43,249 nucleotides of DNA from Actinomycetales bacterium. GTDB lineage: Bacteria; Actinomycetota; Actinomycetes; Actinomycetales; Cellulomonadaceae. Positions 1 to 9,241 of the stretch are shown here, piece after piece; the stretch's first letter is position 1, and every line of letters begins with the position of its first letter. The DNA is taken from positions 1 through 43,249 of the forward strand of contig JAAZAC010000015.1 of the NCBI GenBank assembly GCA_012514545.1, in the 5' to 3' direction. The notes beneath the pieces were generated by a model. That model was not told the origin of the DNA. It did no database searches and saw only the letters and a list, made by a program, of their open reading frames with translations. A program made the translations under genes and the position numbers.

Positions 1-850
1 GCTCCGCGAGGAGCTTGACGTCGTCCGGGATGACGTAGCCGCGGCCCTGCGAGGCGGCCCACACCTTGGCGCAGCGCACGAGCGCGAGGGCGCCGCGCAC
101 GCTCGCGCCGAGCGCGGTGCGCGGGTCGTCGCGCGTCGCCTCGACGAGTGCCGCGACGTAGTCGAGCACCGCGCGGTCCGTGTGCACGGCGTCGGCGAGC
201 GCCGACATCTCCGAGACGGCGCCGGTGGTGATCCTCGCCGTGAGCTTGGCGGTGCGGTCGCGGTCCGCTGCGCCGCTGAGGATCTCCAGCGTGGAGGCGC
301 GGTCCGGGTAGCCGAGCGAGGTCTTCATGAGGAACCTGTCGAGCTGCGCCTCGGGCAGCCGGTACGTGCCGGCCAGCTCCACCGGGTTCTGCGTGGCGAT
401 GACCATGAACGGGCGGCCCACGGGGTGCGACACCGTGTCGACGGTGACCCGGTTCTCCTCCATGACCTCGAGCAGCGCCGACTGCGTCTTCGGCGACGCG
501 CGGTTGATCTCGTCCGCGAGCACGACCGAGGCGAACACGGGGCCGGGGTGGAACTGGAAGTGCCCGGTGCTCTGGTCGTAGATCGTCACGCCCGTGACGT
601 CCGAGGGCAGCAGGTCCGGCGTGAACTGGATCCGGCTGTGCGTCCCCTGCACCGTCGCCGCGATCGCCTTGGCGAGCGACGTCTTGCCGGTGCCCGGGGC
701 GTCCTCGAGGAGCAGGTGCCCCTCCGCGACCATGCACGTGAGCGCGAGCCGGACGACGTGCTCCTTGCCGAGCAGCGCGCGGCCGACGTTGGCGACGAGC
801 GCGTCGAACGTCTCCGCGAACCAGGTCGTCTGCTCCGGGGTGATCGTCAC
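1..850 (-). CDS. moxR: MoxR-family AAA+ ATPase (3' end outside window)
   Basis: Not in the ORF track. Manual translation from GTG at 850 (GTGA overlap with the upstream stop) gives GHLLLEDAPGTGKT (Walker A), RIQFTPDLLPSDVTG, VLADEINRASPKTQSALLEVMEE and ATQNPVE..GTYRLPEAQLDRF, all MoxR signatures. Confidence 0.95.
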   Translation of the reverse strand, partial: MTITPEQTTWFAETFDALVANVGRALLGKEHVVRLALTCMVAEGHLLLEDAPGTGKTSLAKAIAATVQGTHSRIQFTPDLLPSDVTGVTIYDQSTGHFQFHPGPVFASVVLADEINRASPKTQSALLEVMEENRVTVDTVSHPVGRPFMVIATQNPVELAGTYRLPEAQLDRFLMKTSLGYPDRASTLEILSGAADRDRTAKLTARITTGAVSEMSALADAVHTDRAVLDYVAALVEATRDDPRTALGASVRGALALVRCAKVWAASQGRGYVIPDDVKLLAE

Positions 851-3800
851 GGTCGGGCCTCTCCTTCGGTGGGCGGGGCGGGCACCTCGAGCTCGACGAC
901 GCGCGGGGCGGCCTCGCCGTCGGCGTTGATCGCGGTGAGGGTCACGGTGAGGACGGTGGCGTCCGGGAACACCTGCGGGAGGGTGCGGGCCGGCGAGGTG
1001 CCGGGCACCTCGACCTCGAACGGCGGGCCGGTGGGCCCGCGGACCTCCAGCCGGTACCGCAGGATCGGGGCGCCGCCGTTCGCGGGCGCGCGCCAGGTGA
1101 TGGTCACCCTCCGGTCCTCGCCGACGGCGAGGGTCGGCTCGTCCACGGTCGCGGGCACGGTGACCGTGGTCACCGGGGGGCTGGTCGACGTCGGCCCCGC
1201 GGCGTCCCGGCTGTTCACGGGCGTGACCTCGACGCGGTAGGTGCCGCCGGGGACCCCCACGAAGGTGACCTCCGTCTCCGCCGGCGCCACCGTCGCGGAC
1301 CGCACGGCGCCGCCCGAGGAGTCGACGAGGACGACGCGGTAGTGCCGCAGCACGATCCCGTCGCCGCCGGTCTCGGTCGGCCGGGACCACGCGGCGCGGA
1401 CCGCGCCGGCGCCCCAGGGCGTGTCGCGGCCGGTGGCGTCGGCGACGCTCACCGGGCCCACGGAGCCCGGCTGGCCCCAGATCTGGCCCTGCGTCCGCCC
1501 CCACGGCGACCAGCCGACGGCGTTGCGGGCGCGGACCTCGACCTCGTAGAGGCGCCCGCGCACGGCGGGGAACGACGTCGTCGTCTCCGCCGCGCCGGCG
1601 GTGAGCACGACCGCGCCGTCGACGCGCACCTCGTACGCCTCGACCGGCTCGCCGCCGTCGGCGGGCGGCGTCCACCGCACGTCGATGCGCTCGCCGCTCC
1701 CGGCGAGCGTGGCCGAGACGGCCGGCGCGTCGGGGGCGCGGGCCGGGCGGCCGGTGGCCGGCGGGCTCCACGCCCCGGGCTCGGGGGCGCTGTTCCGGGC
1801 GCGCACGCGCACGGTGTACACGACCCCGTTCGCCAGGCCGGAGATCTCGCGCGACGTGCCGGTGACCACGAACGACGTGTCCCCGCCCGGCGTCGCCGGC
1901 GTGACCTCGAGGAGGTAGTCGAGGATCGGCGAGCCGGGGTTCTCCGGCGCCGTCCAGCGCACGGTGAGGGTGCGGTCGCCGCGGGTCACCGTGGGCGCCG
2001 CGGGCGCGAGCGGCGCGGTGTCGGGGCGCGCCTCGGCCGACGGGGCGCTCGGCTCCGACCAGCCGACCGCGTTGTGCGCCGCGACCTGGAACCGGTACGT
2101 CACGTTGTTGGTCAGCCCCGTGATGGTGCACGCGGTCGCGGGGCAGTCCTGGCTCACGCCGCCGCCGACGGCGGTCACCCGGTAGGTGTCGATCGGCTCG
2201 CCGTTGCCCGCGGGGGCGTCCCAGGCCAGCGCGACGGCGCGGTCGCGCACCTCGACCACGCGGGGCGGGTTCGGCTGCCCGGGCCGCCCCCGCACGACGA
2301 CGGTGATCCGCCCCTCGACCGTGCGGTCGAGGTCGGCGAGGGCGTCGCGCACGGTGTAGCGCACGACGAGGTACCCGATGTACCCCGACGCCGGGTTGAT
2401 CACCACGCTGCTGCCCGCGACCCGCGCCGTGCCGGCGCCGGGCGTCTCCACGACCGCGCCGACGACCTGCAGCGGCTCGGGCGCGAACGGGTTGAACGCG
2501 CCCTCGAGCACCCGCACCGCGTGCTCGCCGCCCTCGACGCCGTCGGGCACCGTGAAGTCGAGCACGCGCGCGAGCGGCTCCCGGCTCGCGACGACGCGCG
2601 CGTCGACCTGCACGGCGAGCGGCTCGGCGCCGCCGTAGTCGATCTCGACGGGCACCGCGCCGACCGTGCCCCGGGTCGTCGTCGTCGGGGCGCCCACGGA
2701 CAGCACGGAGCCCACGAGGGAGACCTCGAACCCGGCCGGGGCGGGGCCGGCGAGCCGGTACGCGTACCGGGCCGCGCCGTCGGCGCCCGCGGGCGCCGTC
2801 GTGAACGCGGCCAGGTCCACCCGGGTGCTCGACGCCTGCGGGACCTCGAGCACCGACGGGGTGAACGTCGGCGGGTGCTCCTCACGCGCCAGCACCATGA
2901 TCGGGAAGGTCAGCGTCGCGTCGTGCACCGTGGGGTCCGACAGCGGGCCGTCCGCCACGTGCACGGTGAGCGACGCGGGGCCCGCGTAGTCGGCGCGCGC
3001 GACGTAGCGCAGCGTGTCCTCGTCGACGACGATGGGCGGCCCGTCCGACTTCGTCGCGCTCACCCGGCTGCGGTCCCCGACCCGCGGCGACCGGCCCGGC
3101 GCGACGCGCACGCGCTCGGCGAGCTCGATCGTCAGCGGCTCGCCCGCGATGACCGTGAGGTCGTCGAGCCCCGGCCGCAGCATGGGCGGGAAGTCGCCGA
3201 GCGCGGGCACCGTGATGAACGCGTACGAGGACACCCGGCCCGCGTCGGGATGCGTGTTGACCAGCCGGTACGGCAGCGTCTGCGGCTCGGGGACGAGCGT
3301 GACGAGCACGGTCCCGTCGCCGCGCGCCACCGCCGTCGTCACGGAGTCGGGGACCTCCACGGCGAGGTCGCTCAGCGGGCCGGACGGGTTCTGCGCGGTC
3401 TGCAGCACGTCGACCGCCACCTGCGTCGCGTTGATCGTCTCGGCCGGCGGCACGACGATGTCGCGGGCGATCGGCGGCAGGAACGGCGCGCTCGCCGAGA
3501 CCGTCACCGTGAGCACGCCGTCGTTCCAGCCGCCCCGCTCGTTGCGGGCGGTGTAGACGATCTGCACGACGCCCTCGGTCCGCGGCGCCTCGACGACGAC
3601 CCGCCGGCCGTCCACCCGCGCGGCCACGCCCTCGGGCTGCACGCGCAGCTCCGGGTCGAGCGTCAGCTCGCCGCCGCCGGTGTCCTCGTCGTTGGCGAGC
3701 ACGCGCACCTCGACGGTCTGGCCCGGCCGCACCTGCACGGCGTCGTCGCGCGTGACGACCGGCGCCGCCCCGGTGGGCCGCGGCGCGATGCCGACCCGGA

Positions 3801-6669
3801 TCGTGGCGACCGCGCGCTGGCCGGTCCAGTCCTCGACGGCGTACGTGAACGTGTCGGTGCCGAGCTCGCCGGGCAGCGCCTCGTAGCGCAGGGACCGCGA
3901 CCCGACGACGACCCGCCCCTTCGTGGGCGGCTGGTCGACGCCGAGGAGCGTCACGCCGTCGCCGTCGTCGTCGATGCCGACGAGCGGGATCTCGATCTCC
4001 ACCTCCTCGCCGGCGTACACGCGCGCCGTGAGGTCGCGCGGCCGGGGCGGCGCCTTCGTCGCGGCGTCGGAGCGGTGCACGCGGATGGTGACCGTCGCCG
4101 CCGTGCGGTTGCGCATCGGGTCGCTCACCTCGAACGTCGCGCGCACCTCCATCGGCGTCTCCGGCGCCTGGAAGCGCAGCACGTCGCCCGAGACGAACAT
4201 GAGGCCCGCGGCCGGCGGCTCGACGAGCGTCCGCTCCAGGGTGAGCGGATCGCCGTCGGGGTCGAACGCGCCCTCGAGCACGGGGATGGTCACGACGCCG
4301 CCCGTGCGCACGGTGGCCGTCACGTCCGGGACCACCGGGGGCTGCTGGCCGGCCTGGGCGGGCACGGGCTGCACCACGACCTGCCCGACGGCGGACCGCT
4401 CGCCGTTCGAGGCGGTGTACGTGAGGAACACGGGCGCCTCGAGGGTCCGCACGGTCGAGATGCGCAGCAGCCGGTGCCCGACGACGGACACGCGCAGCGG
4501 GACGTCCGGCGGCACCTCGACCGACTGAACGACGAGCACGCCGCCCGACGGGTCGGTGTCGTTGGCCAGCGGGTCGATCGTCACCTCGCCGCCCGGCGGC
4601 AGCAGCGCGACGTCGAGCACGGCGGTCGGGGCGGGGATCTCCTCCGGCTTCTCGAGCACGTCGATCCGCGCGAGGCCGGTCGCCTGCTGCGGCGGCGCCG
4701 CGACCGTGTACGGCACGTAGTAGGTGCCCGCCGCGCGCGCCGTCACGGTGAACGTCCCCGCGTCGAGGTCGGTCTCGATGCGCAGGCCGGCGACCTCCTC
4801 GACCCCGGCCAGCCGCGGGGCCTCGCGCCCGTGCGCGCGCACCGCGGCGAGCGCGTCCACCGTCGCCGGCTCGTCGACGTACGTGACGACGTGCACCGGC
4901 TCCAGGAGGGGCGGCACCGCGCCCGGCGGGCGGACGTCGACGTGCACGGTGCCCTCGGTCTGCTCCGTGCCGTCGGAGACGACGACGGTGATCGTCTGCC
5001 GGCCGAGCGTGCCGCCGTCGGCCTGGTAGCGCAGCCGCCCGTCGCCGCGGGCGCGCGCGGTCCCCCCGGTCGCGGCGGCCGAGACGAGGAGCATCGGGTC
5101 GCCGTCGGGGTCGCGGAAGTCGGCGAGCACGTCGTAGGTGCCCGTGCCGCCCTGCTCGACGACGAACGCACCCACCCGCAGCTGCACCGGCGGTGCGTTC
5201 CCGCCGGTGCGGATGGTCACGCGGACGGTGGCGGTCGACGGTGCCGTGGCGCCCCGGCCGTCGGTGACCGTGTAGGTGAAGGACACCGTGCCGCTCGCCG
5301 AGGGGCGCGTCGTCAGCTGCAGCGCCCGGCCGCCGTGCACGGGCACCAGCGTGCCGACCGCCTCGTCGATCTCGTCGAAGGTGGAGATCGCGAGCACGCC
5401 GCACGCGGACGCCGCGTCGTTGTCGAGCACCGGCAGGATCACGGTGCGCCCGGGCCGGACACCGAACTCGTCGTCGACCGCCGAGGGCGGCGCGGAGTCG
5501 GCGCGGCACTCGGCCTGCAGCACCTCGGACGTGACGACCTCCCGGTCGTCCTCCTCCTGCTCCTCCTCCCGGTCCTCCTGGACGTCCGTCCAGTTCGGCG
5601 TGCGGACGTCGGGGTCGACGGTGGGCAGCCACACGCGGCCGTTCGCGACGTCGTTGAGGACGACGACGTCCCGGTTGACCCGGAAGACGAGCCGGTCGGC
5701 CGAGGCGACCTCGGTCAGGCTCTCGGTGACCGGCGCCTCACCGCGGCAGGCGCGCACGTAGTTGTCCGACGGCGCCGCCCACGCCCCGTGCGCGCACCCC
5801 GCCACGCGCACGGGCGCCGTGGGCTCGCCGCCGCCGGCGGGCAGCAGGGTGGGCTCGCCGCCGTCCAGGGGCACCTCGAGGAGCCCCCCGCGGACGCCGA
5901 CGAGCACGGCGTCCGCGGGCGGGCCCGGCTGCTGGAGCGCGAGGGCGCCCTGGTGGCCGGAGAGGTCCACGACCCCGGTGCGCGTCGCGAGCGTGCGCCC
6001 GGAGAGCACGACCACCTCGTCGCCGACCGCCGTGACCTGGTGCACCGGGCCGGCCACGCCGCCCGCGAGCCGGCCCGCCTCGGCGACGGCGGTCCCGTCG
6101 GCCGTGGCGGTGAGGCGGTGCACGGCGCCGTCCGGCCCGACGGCGAGCACCGTCCCGCCGCGCGCGACCACCGCCGCGCCGCCCTCCCCCAGCTCGAGGT
6201 CGGGCGGGTCGGCGTCCGCGCGCAGGGAGCCGACGAGCGCCGTCGGCCGCGCCCACACCGCGCCGTCCGGCCCGACGACCGCGGTCGTGCCCCCGGCCAT
6301 GGACACCCGCGCGCCGAAGGGGGTCGTGGCCTGCCCCGCGAGCGCGACCTGCGCGGGGTCGACGACGGCGAGCGAGCCCGCCTGCGCCAGCAGGACGTCG
6401 AACCCGTCCTGGAGCACGTCGAACCGGTCGGCCGTGGCGGCCAGCCCCGCGTTGAGCTCCTCGACGACGGGGTTGAACCGGCCCAGCCGCAGCTCGGCCT
6501 CGTTCGTCACCCACACCGTGCCGTCGTGCAGCTCGACCTGGGCGACCGGCGCGCCCGGGTGCCACACCGCCAGCCCCGCGAGCAGGGCCGGGGCGGCGGC
6601 CCACGCGCCGCGCCGCACCCAGGCCCGGTCCTCCGCCGGCCGCGCCGGCGCCCGCCACCAGCGCCTCAT
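847..6669 (-). CDS. ~1940-aa surface protein with tandem Ig-like/cadherin-like (Big_9-type) repeats and C-terminal fibronectin type III domains
   Basis: Likely start ATG 6669 (ATGA overlap with the kinase stop). N-terminal basic then hydrophobic segment; repeated 'P.A.DD...V..LxND.DPDGD' and 'FTYTVTDG' units; about 5 Fn3-like units (W.AP..NG.PI..Y.V...GL.N...Y...V.A.N). Confidence 0.9.
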   Translation of the reverse strand: MRRWWRAPARPAEDRAWVRRGAWAAAPALLAGLAVWHPGAPVAQVELHDGTVWVTNEAELRLGRFNPVVEELNAGLAATADRFDVLQDGFDVLLAQAGSLAVVDPAQVALAGQATTPFGARVSMAGGTTAVVGPDGAVWARPTALVGSLRADADPPDLELGEGGAAVVARGGTVLAVGPDGAVHRLTATADGTAVAEAGRLAGGVAGPVHQVTAVGDEVVVLSGRTLATRTGVVDLSGHQGALALQQPGPPADAVLVGVRGGLLEVPLDGGEPTLLPAGGGEPTAPVRVAGCAHGAWAAPSDNYVRACRGEAPVTESLTEVASADRLVFRVNRDVVVLNDVANGRVWLPTVDPDVRTPNWTDVQEDREEEQEEDDREVVTSEVLQAECRADSAPPSAVDDEFGVRPGRTVILPVLDNDAASACGVLAISTFDEIDEAVGTLVPVHGGRALQLTTRPSASGTVSFTYTVTDGRGATAPSTATVRVTIRTGGNAPPVQLRVGAFVVEQGGTGTYDVLADFRDPDGDPMLLVSAAATGGTARARGDGRLRYQADGGTLGRQTITVVVSDGTEQTEGTVHVDVRPPGAVPPLLEPVHVVTYVDEPATVDALAAVRAHGREAPRLAGVEEVAGLRIETDLDAGTFTVTARAAGTYYVPYTVAAPPQQATGLARIDVLEKPEEIPAPTAVLDVALLPPGGEVTIDPLANDTDPSGGVLVVQSVEVPPDVPLRVSVVGHRLLRISTVRTLEAPVFLTYTASNGERSAVGQVVVQPVPAQAGQQPPVVPDVTATVRTGGVVTIPVLEGAFDPDGDPLTLERTLVEPPAAGLMFVSGDVLRFQAPETPMEVRATFEVSDPMRNRTAATVTIRVHRSDAATKAPPRPRDLTARVYAGEEVEIEIPLVGIDDDGDGVTLLGVDQPPTKGRVVVGSRSLRYEALPGELGTDTFTYAVEDWTGQRAVATIRVGIAPRPTGAAPVVTRDDAVQVRPGQTVEVRVLANDEDTGGGELTLDPELRVQPEGVAARVDGRRVVVEAPRTEGVVQIVYTARNERGGWNDGVLTVTVSASAPFLPPIARDIVVPPAETINATQVAVDVLQTAQNPSGPLSDLAVEVPDSVTTAVARGDGTVLVTLVPEPQTLPYRLVNTHPDAGRVSSYAFITVPALGDFPPMLRPGLDDLTVIAGEPLTIELAERVRVAPGRSPRVGDRSRVSATKSDGPPIVVDEDTLRYVARADYAGPASLTVHVADGPLSDPTVHDATLTFPIMVLAREEHPPTFTPSVLEVPQASSTRVDLAAFTTAPAGADGAARYAYRLAGPAPAGFEVSLVGSVLSVGAPTTTTRGTVGAVPVEIDYGGAEPLAVQVDARVVASREPLARVLDFTVPDGVEGGEHAVRVLEGAFNPFAPEPLQVVGAVVETPGAGTARVAGSSVVINPASGYIGYLVVRYTVRDALADLDRTVEGRITVVVRGRPGQPNPPRVVEVRDRAVALAWDAPAGNGEPIDTYRVTAVGGGVSQDCPATACTITGLTNNVTYRFQVAAHNAVGWSEPSAPSAEARPDTAPLAPAAPTVTRGDRTLTVRWTAPENPGSPILDYLLEVTPATPGGDTSFVVTGTSREISGLANGVVYTVRVRARNSAPEPGAWSPPATGRPARAPDAPAVSATLAGSGERIDVRWTPPADGGEPVEAYEVRVDGAVVLTAGAAETTTSFPAVRGRLYEVEVRARNAVGWSPWGRTQGQIWGQPGSVGPVSVADATGRDTPWGAGAVRAAWSRPTETGGDGIVLRHYRVVLVDSSGGAVRSATVAPAETEVTFVGVPGGTYRVEVTPVNSRDAAGPTSTSPPVTTVTVPATVDEPTLAVGEDRRVTITWRAPANGGAPILRYRLEVRGPTGPPFEVEVPGTSPARTLPQVFPDATVLTVTLTAINADGEAAPRVVELEVPAPPTEGEARP

Positions 6670-8096
6670 CGCTCGGCGCACCCCGTCGCGGGGGTGCCGG
6701 ACAGGCGGCCGTCCGCCCGCCGGATCGACACCTCGATGCACACGTCGCCCGCGCCCGCGGGGACCCGCACCCGCGGCTCCTCGACGAGCTCGCTGGGCGA
6801 CGCGCCCCCGACCTCCAGCCGCGTCCACACGTAGGCGTCCCCGGGCAGCGGGTCGGGGTTCTGCCACGCGAACTCCGCCTCGTCGCCGATGACGACGCCG
6901 CGCAGGTCCGTCGGCGCCGGCACGGCCCGGACCACGGTCGGGGCGGTGGCGGGCGCCGTCGGGCCGGGCTCCGCCGGGGGCGGCGTGAGGGCGAGCGCGA
7001 GCGCGAACGCGGCGGCGCCGAGCACGACGATGCCGCCGAGGGCCGCGCCGATCCCCCGCCGGGGCGCGGGAGCCTCCTCGACCAGGGCGCCCACGGCGTC
7101 GGCCTGCTCGTGCCACGCCCGCGGGACGCCGTCGGGGGCGACGTCGGCCGGCGCGTCGCCGGGGACGCTCGCCACGGGCCGCAGCCGGGTCGCCTGCCCG
7201 GGCGACGTGTCGACGGGGGCCGCGGGCGCGGGCGCCTCGCGCAGCTCCAGCGGCGTCGGCGGCAGGCTCAGCTCGGCCTCGACCCGCTGCAGCGCCCGGC
7301 CCAGCGCGACCGCCGAGCCGAACCGCCGCGCCGGGTCGCGGTCCATGCCCCGCGCGAGGACGGCCTCGAGCGACGCCGGCACGTCCGGGCGGCCGATCGG
7401 CGGCAGCGGGGCGCGCTCGATCCGGGCGACGAGGTCGGCCGCGGTGTTGGGGCCGTCGGGCAGCTCGAACGGGGACCGCCCGGCCAGCAGCGAGTACACG
7501 GTCGCGGCGAGGGAGTAGACGTCGGACCGCTCGTCCGCCCGCGGCTCCTCGGCGAGCAGCTCGGGCGGTGACCACGGGATCGACATGCCGAGGGCGATGC
7601 CCGCGGTCGTGGCGGCGATGCCGAAGTCCGTGAGCGCGGGCCAGCCGAAGTCCGTGACCAGCACGTTGGCGGGCTTGATGTCGCGGTGCAGCACGCCCGC
7701 CCGGTGCGCCGTCTCCACGGCGGACGCGAGCCGCACGCCGATCCGCAGCACCTCGGCCACGCTCATCCGCTCGGTGCGGTAGCGCTGGCCGAGCCCCGGC
7801 CGCGAGCAGTACTCCATGACGAGGTACGGCCGCCCGTCCGGGGCGACGTCCGCGCCGAGGACCGTGACGATCGACGGGTGGTGGGACAGCGAGGCCATGA
7901 CGTCCGCCTCGGCCCGGAACGCCGCGCGCACCTCCGGCCCGAGCGAGCTCGCGAGCAGCACCTTGACGGCGACCAGGCGCCGCGGCATCTCCTGCTCGTA
8001 GCAGAAGACGTCCGCGAACCCGCCCATGCCGAGGAGCCGGACCGGGCGCAGCCCGGGGATGGCCGGCGGGGTGGACGGCTCGCGCTTGCTGCTCAC
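6666..8096 (-). CDS. Membrane-anchored Hanks-type Ser/Thr protein kinase
   Basis: LGMGGFADV, VAVKV, HRDIKPAN, LTDFG, SPPE, SDVYSLA motifs; TM segment (GIGAALGGIVVLGAAAFALALAL) and a short C-terminal extracellular domain; GTG start at 8096 overlaps the FHA gene stop. Confidence 0.93.
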   Translation of the reverse strand: MSSKREPSTPPAIPGLRPVRLLGMGGFADVFCYEQEMPRRLVAVKVLLASSLGPEVRAAFRAEADVMASLSHHPSIVTVLGADVAPDGRPYLVMEYCSRPGLGQRYRTERMSVAEVLRIGVRLASAVETAHRAGVLHRDIKPANVLVTDFGWPALTDFGIAATTAGIALGMSIPWSPPELLAEEPRADERSDVYSLAATVYSLLAGRSPFELPDGPNTAADLVARIERAPLPPIGRPDVPASLEAVLARGMDRDPARRFGSAVALGRALQRVEAELSLPPTPLELREAPAPAAPVDTSPGQATRLRPVASVPGDAPADVAPDGVPRAWHEQADAVGALVEEAPAPRRGIGAALGGIVVLGAAAFALALALTPPPAEPGPTAPATAPTVVRAVPAPTDLRGVVIGDEAEFAWQNPDPLPGDAYVWTRLEVGGASPSELVEEPRVRVPAGAGDVCIEVSIRRADGRLSGTPATGCAER

Positions 8097-9241
8097 GTGC
8101 CGGTGTCCACCCGGTGCTCGACGCGGAACGTCACGCCGTCGCCGAGGTCCACGAGGTCCTCCGGCCCGACGACGGTCGGCTCGCCCGGGTGCAGGCGCTG
8201 CGGCGCGGCGCCCGGCCGGATCAGCAGCACGCCGTTCGTGGAGTGCAGGTCCGTGACGAGGACCTCGTCGCCCTCCTGGCGCACCTGCGCGTGCGTGCGC
8301 GAGATGTCCGACGTCGGGCTGGGCACCGTGACGAGCCGCGGCATCTCCGCGTTGCTCACCCGCGCGACCTGGGGCGCGCGGCCGATGAGGACCGGCCGCT
8401 CGAGCGAGACGACGGCGCCCGTGGACAGCACGAGGCGGGCCGGCGGCGTACGCGGGGTCGCGACGGCGAGCGAGGGCACGGCCGCGCCGTCGAGGTGGGG
8501 GAGCCGGCCGCGCAGCGCGACGATGTCGGAGGTCAGCACGGTCGTGCCGTCGTGGTCCTCGTCCTCCGGGGCGCCCGTGAGCACGATCGGCAGCTCCAGG
8601 CGCGTCGGCGCGCCGGCGGCCACGGACGCGGGCTCGGGGGCGGGCGCAGCGGCCGGGACCGGCGCGGCGTCGGCGACGGGCTCCGGGTCGGCGACGGGCT
8701 CCGGGTCGGCGGCGGCGACGGGCTCCCCGACGGGCTCCGCCGCAGGGGTCGGCCGCGGCGTCGGGGTCGGCGCGGCGGCCGCGGGCCGCGCCGCCCGGGC
8801 CTCCCCGCGCGCGACCAGGGCGACCCGCACGACGTCCGCCCGGACGACGCCGGACAGCACCGGCAGGTCCGCCGCGCCGCCGCCGCCCGGCACGCGCACC
8901 TCGACCCAGGACGCCCCGGGCACGACCTCCTCGACCCACGTCGCCGCGCGTCCGCCCGTGACCGTCCGCTCGCCGTCCGCGCCCCCGACGACGACCGCGG
9001 CGTCGCCCCGCACGATGGCCCGCACGGAGCCGCCCGCCACGGAGGCGAGCGCGAACGGCGGCATCGCGGCCAGGCCGCCCGCGAGCAGCGGCTGGAGCTG
9101 GGCGGTCGTGTCGCCGCCCTCCCGCAGCGCGCGCCAGACCGCCTCGACGACGGAGCCCGGCGTCGTCGGCTCGAGCAGGGCCACGGTGCCGTCGGTGACG
9201 ACGGCGTACCACCGGCCGGTCGCGTACCGCGGGACGATCAC
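8093..9241 (-). CDS. FHA-domain protein
   Basis: C-terminal FHA motifs LIGR, ISRTHA, DLHSTNG; Pro/Ala/Glu-rich linker; GTG start at 9241 overlaps the phosphatase stop. Confidence 0.9.
   Translation of the reverse strand: MIVPRYATGRWYAVVTDGTVALLEPTTPGSVVEAVWRALREGGDTTAQLQPLLAGGLAAMPPFALASVAGGSVRAIVRGDAAVVVGGADGERTVTGGRAATWVEEVVPGASWVEVRVPGGGGAADLPVLSGVVRADVVRVALVARGEARAARPAAAAPTPTPRPTPAAEPVGEPVAAADPEPVADPEPVADAAPVPAAAPAPEPASVAAGAPTRLELPIVLTGAPEDEDHDGTTVLTSDIVALRGRLPHLDGAAVPSLAVATPRTPPARLVLSTGAVVSLERPVLIGRAPQVARVSNAEMPRLVTVPSPTSDISRTHAQVRQEGDEVLVTDLHSTNGVLLIRPGAAPQRLHPGEPTVVGPEDLVDLGDGVTFRVEHRVDTGT
8669..8710. repeat. 18-bp coding tandem repeat (DPEPVA x2) in the FHA protein linker
   Basis: gtcggcgacgggctccgg occurs twice plus a partial copy; related EPV units follow. 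Confidence 0.7.
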
